Shown in pieces: positions 50,524 through 54,476 of a stretch of 54,476 nucleotides of DNA. Under the pieces are notes generated by a model. That model saw only the letters and a program-made list of their open reading frames with translations. It did no database searches and was not told where the DNA came from. The DNA lies in assembly GCF_004010195.1 (NCBI RefSeq), contig NC_057718.1:16832192-16886667 (forward strand), given 5' to 3'. A program made the position numbers and the translations under genes. Each line of letters opens with the position of its first letter. Position 1 is the stretch's first letter. Source of the stretch: Chiloscyllium plagiosum (Eukaryota).

Positions 50524-53021
50524 TAAAGCTTCGTTCACGTGGTCTTGAAGCTTTTGATGCAGCTATGCACAACAAACTCAAATTGCCAGCATGCTAACTA
50601 TTTAACTGATTCAGTTTTTGCTTGAATCTCTTGAAGGTATTTATGAAACTAATTTGTTGTTTGCATTGGAGTATCACATCAGCCTTGAAGAATATCAAAA
50701 CTCTAAGCATCAACTTAACTCTAAATATATTTCCTCTCTGTATGTATTAAGCTTGGAAGACGGAAGCAGCAGATTTGAATTATTTCCAAAATAAAATGCT
50801 TCATTACTGCCACATTGCATATTAGTCTGAAATCCGACTTCCTCACTTCAAACTTAATTGACCTAGTGGGGTAATGTGTTTTAAACATGGATCCATTACC
50901 ATCTTCTTGTATGTCATGCATTTTTGTTCAGTTCTGTTTTTATTATTTGCCAAAAGAGTTAACCCCCAAGTGATTTCCAGCAATTCAAAGCTTTTGTTTT
51001 CTTCCCCTCCTCTTTATGCATTTTTATTTTGGATAACTTCATGTTTAAATTTTTTCCAGATGGCCAAAGTGTGCAAAGTCCTGCAGATACGAGTGAGTAG
51101 GAAGAATATAAAAGTCTTTCTTTTAGGATTGGAGTTTGTTTCCTAAAGTTGTGTGCAACATTTTAGTGAAATAGAATTTTTTAAAAAAGTTGTCAGAAGT
51201 CTTTAGTACAGTGCAAGTCAGCAATGAGACTTTTTTGTGTTACATTTCTTCCTTTAGTAACAATGTGAGCCTGAATCTTTAAGATTACACTGAATTATGT
51301 AGAAAACTTGGCCTGCCATGAAGGTATTTGAAGAGGGATTAGGTAGAATCAAATATCACATCAATTTTCCCAGATCAATGTTAAACTCATAGTTCAGATA
51401 ATTATCTACCCTCTCTCTCTGAAGGATTTTAAATAAAAAGTGTTGAGTGGTCTCACTCCAGTTTGCAATTGGCAAGAGTGACAATCTCATTCAGAGGACA
51501 TAAGAAAAGTTAATGTAAACATGGAAAATAGGAGCATGAGTAGGCCATTTGGCCCTTCCACCTTGCTCTGCCATTCAATATGAATGTGACTGATCATCCA
51601 ACTCTGTACCCTTTTCCCATTTTCTTCACATATTCTTTGATTCCCTTAGCCCTGAAAGGGTGAATTTAATCTTTTATTTCCCCTTAGACTTGATGAGACT
51701 GAGGTTTTCTTGTTTAAAACTTTACTCATGGACACGTGAAAGATGTACAGTTCAAATCTTTATTACAAAAACAAAAGTTTTATACTATTTATACAGATAA
51801 CAAGTTTCCAGTCTGTTTGATTAGGAATTGTCATCTGTACAAAAGATTACACATCTACTCATCCATATATTTGTCCAGCCCTGTCCCCTCAGTCTGCATT
51901 CCAGGTTAGCAAGCATGACTATATTATCTAATCATCTTTACATCATCTGGTCATAGGTCTGTACTTTGTGATTACCAGTAAACCCATACTATTTGTTTTT
52001 TTTCTCTGTCCCTCCTATTGCCTATACTGTTCATTTTTCCTTTAAAGCACCTAGAACTATATCTAAATCCTTGAAAACATTCAATGTTTTGGTCTCAACT
52101 GCTTTCTACAGTAGTGAATTCTATAGGCACACCACTGTATGGGTGAAGCAATTTTTCATCTTAGCCCAAAAGAGCCTACCCTATCCTTAGACATGACCCC
52201 TGTTTCAGTGTTCCCTGATCATTGGAAATATCTTTTGTAAACAGTTTATCAGTCTCGTCCTGTGCAAATTTTATGGGTTTCCTTGAGATTCCCATCATTC
52301 TCCCAAATGCCAATGATGCAACAGATTGTGTTGCAGTAGTTCAGTATGGAATGCTTTTGTTTGTGCATTCTGAAATTATGCAAAAGGAAGGCTTTACTGA
52401 GTGACTGAGGTCTATACCTGACCTGGAAAAGTTTGATTCTGACTGAGGTGGAAAACGATTGTGGTCTTCTCACTGGGTTGTTACTTGTTAAAAAGGGTTG
52501 AAAAGAATAATGTCATTTTAAAAAAAAATCCAGTATCAGGGTGCCCAGACTACCAAAAAGTCTTCAATTCTCTTTCCACTTTTTGGTGAATCTTCAGTGT
52601 AATCTTGTTTTGCAATAAATAAAATACAATCTTCTTTTAATCCATTTGTTTCTCTTCAATAATTCAAGCTAAAGAACTAGAATACGTGAAGTATATTCAA
52701 ATTATCCTGCCTATCTGATTTTAAATTACTTTAAGTAGATGTCTTTGCAAGATCTTTGCTGCCAGATACATGTAAATTGTAATGGGTGTTCATAGGATGT
52801 AGTGAAAATGTGATTGGATTTTAGTGTTGCATAGAGTTGTGTGAAGTGTCTAAATGTTGAGCATTTCCTATGAGCAGCTATCTGGATGAAATATTATTTA
52901 AACTTGAGAAATTGTTGCTGTTCTTCTAGAAATTCAACTTTTGTAGCTTTGCACCCAAGATATCTGAAACTTCTACACTTTGCTGGCTTTAAAGTCTGTG
53001 TGTACTAATACCATACGTGTT

Positions 53022-53361
53022 AGTGGCACAGTGGCTCAGTGGTTAGCGCTGCCACATAGCGCCAGGGGCCCAGGTTCGATTCTACTCTTGAGTGACTATC
53101 TGGAATTTGCGCATTCTCCCTGTGTCTGCATGAACTTCCTCCAAGTGCTCCAGTTTCCTCCCACAGTCCAAAGATATGCAGGTTAGGTGGATTTGCCATG
53201 TCAAATTGCCCATAGTATCCAGGGATGTGCAGGCTGGGTGGATCAGCCATGGATAATGCAGGGATCAGGTTGTGGGGTGGGTCTGCTTGATATGCTCTTC
53301 ATAGGATTGGTGTGGACGTGATGGGCTGAATGGACTGCTTCCACACTGAAGGGATTCTATG
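53022..53361 (+). mobile_element. HE1-type tRNA-derived SINE, full length
   Basis: A box TGGCTCAGTGG, B box GGTTCGATTC, body cagtccaaagatatgcaggttagg, tail gggattctat. Confidence 0.88.
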
Positions 53362-54104
53362 TCCAAATAAAGCTTAATATAGCAAGTTCACATGAATTCC
53401 TGTTTTCTGCTACATTAATTAAATACAAAAATTTGTATATTGTAATGGCTTAGATTTTCCTTTCTCAGTTAGAATGAGTGCCGAGACATTTACCACCATT
53501 GGTGATGAAATGCATTGCAACTTCTGGCAAGCTGTTATGCTAAAATAAGGACTTTGAAATATGGTTTACTGGGCTTTATTTTTAAAACAACTTGTCTAAA
53601 GGCCCTCAAATTGGGCATATGTTTCCGTACTGCAAGTAAGATATGATAATCACATTATTGAATAAGGAATCAATCTTCCAAATGCTTGTCTCTGACCACT
53701 AAATAAACAGATTGTATTTTCCCAATTATGAACCATCAAGCAGCAGAATTAGGTCATTTGGTCCCTTGGACCTAATCTGTGAGATTATGTCTGATCTGAT
53801 TGTGGTTTCAGTCCCATTTTCTTGCCTGCGCCAAGAGCTTTTGATTCTGTTGTCAAAAATCTTTCTCCCTGTCTTAGAAATATTCACTGTGCCACCACCC
53901 TTCTCTGGGGAGGAGAGTTTCATAGATTCTCCATCCTCTGCAATAAAATAATTCTCCTCCTCTCTATCTTAATTGAAGTGCTTTACCTTCTAAGTGTCCC
54001 ATACTTTTAGACACTCTTACAGAGGAGAAATCCCCTTTGAACATTCACTCTGTCACGTTCTCTCAGATCTTTTATGCTTCAATAAGCTAACCACATATTC
54101 TTCT

Positions 54105-54476
54105 AGGAGAAAGTGAGGTCTGCAGACGCTGGAGATCAAAGCTGAAACTTTATTGCTGGAACAGCACAGCAGGTCAGGCAGCATCTAGGGAACAGAAGAT
54201 TCGACGTTTCGGGCACATGCCCTTCTTCAGGAATGAGCAGAGTGTTCAGCAGGAGAAGATAAAAGGTAGGGAGGAGGGACTTGGAGGAGGGGCGTTGGAA
54301 ATGTGATAGGTGGAAAGAGGCCAAGGTGAGGGTGATAGGTCGGAGTAGGGTGGAGGCGGAGAGGTCAAGAAGAAGACTGCAAGTCAGGAAGGCGGTGCCG
54401 GGCTGGAGGGATCCGGCTGAGACAAGGTGGGGGGAGGGGGGATGAAGAAACTGGTGAAGCCCAAGTCCATCCCCTG
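54105..54476 (-). mobile_element. PLE 3' end running off the right edge
   Basis: Same tail architecture as 21577-22002 (gcacagcaggtcaggcagcatc...cgacgtttcgggc...cttcagg) followed by the purine-rich 3' UTR. Confidence 0.85.
54199..54234 (-). ncRNA. Minimal type I hammerhead ribozyme motif, best-preserved copy
   Basis: RNA AUUC-CUGAAGA-A-GGGC(AUGU)GCCC-GAAA-CG-UC^GAAU: complete catalytic core, helix I AUUC/GAAU, helix II, palindromic ACGU in place of helix III. Confidence 0.7.

Noticed and set aside
53022..53090. tRNA gene-like A/B boxes (also ~11385-11451 and 47497)
   Set aside because: These are SINE heads continuing into SINE body and tail; no complete cloverleaf.

Overview
This is eukaryotic, repeat-rich vertebrate DNA, most likely from a shark, judging by HE1-type tRNA SINEs, a DeuSINE and shark-type CR1 and Penelope repeats (inference). 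Two centriolar genes sit head-to-head around a CpG-rich bidirectional promoter at about 17.5-18.2 kb. SDCCAG8 is on the minus strand: coding exons 1-3 lie at 17422-17485, 9792-9968 and 3337-3419, and the gene continues off the left edge. CEP170 is on the plus strand: a probable non-coding exon 1 ends at 18207, a ~32 kb intron follows, the first coding exon is 50395-50499, and the gene continues off the right edge. The introns are filled with decayed and nested CR1, Rex1/Babar, RTE and L2 LINEs, SINEs, a hAT MITE, candidate solo LTRs and many Penelope-like element (PLE) fragments. There are three N gaps. The most notable signal is that the PLE tails repeatedly carry a minimal hammerhead ribozyme motif (CUGANGA-stem-GAAA-CG-UC), in about 14 copies from three or four sequence families. 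They often occur as short (~80-530 bp) insertions with 11-15 bp target-site duplications. Several have an inverted 5' arm that folds back at the ribozyme core, including a perfect 84-bp-arm palindrome. Repeat boundaries are read by eye and approximate, and homology calls come from recalled sequences rather than database searches.
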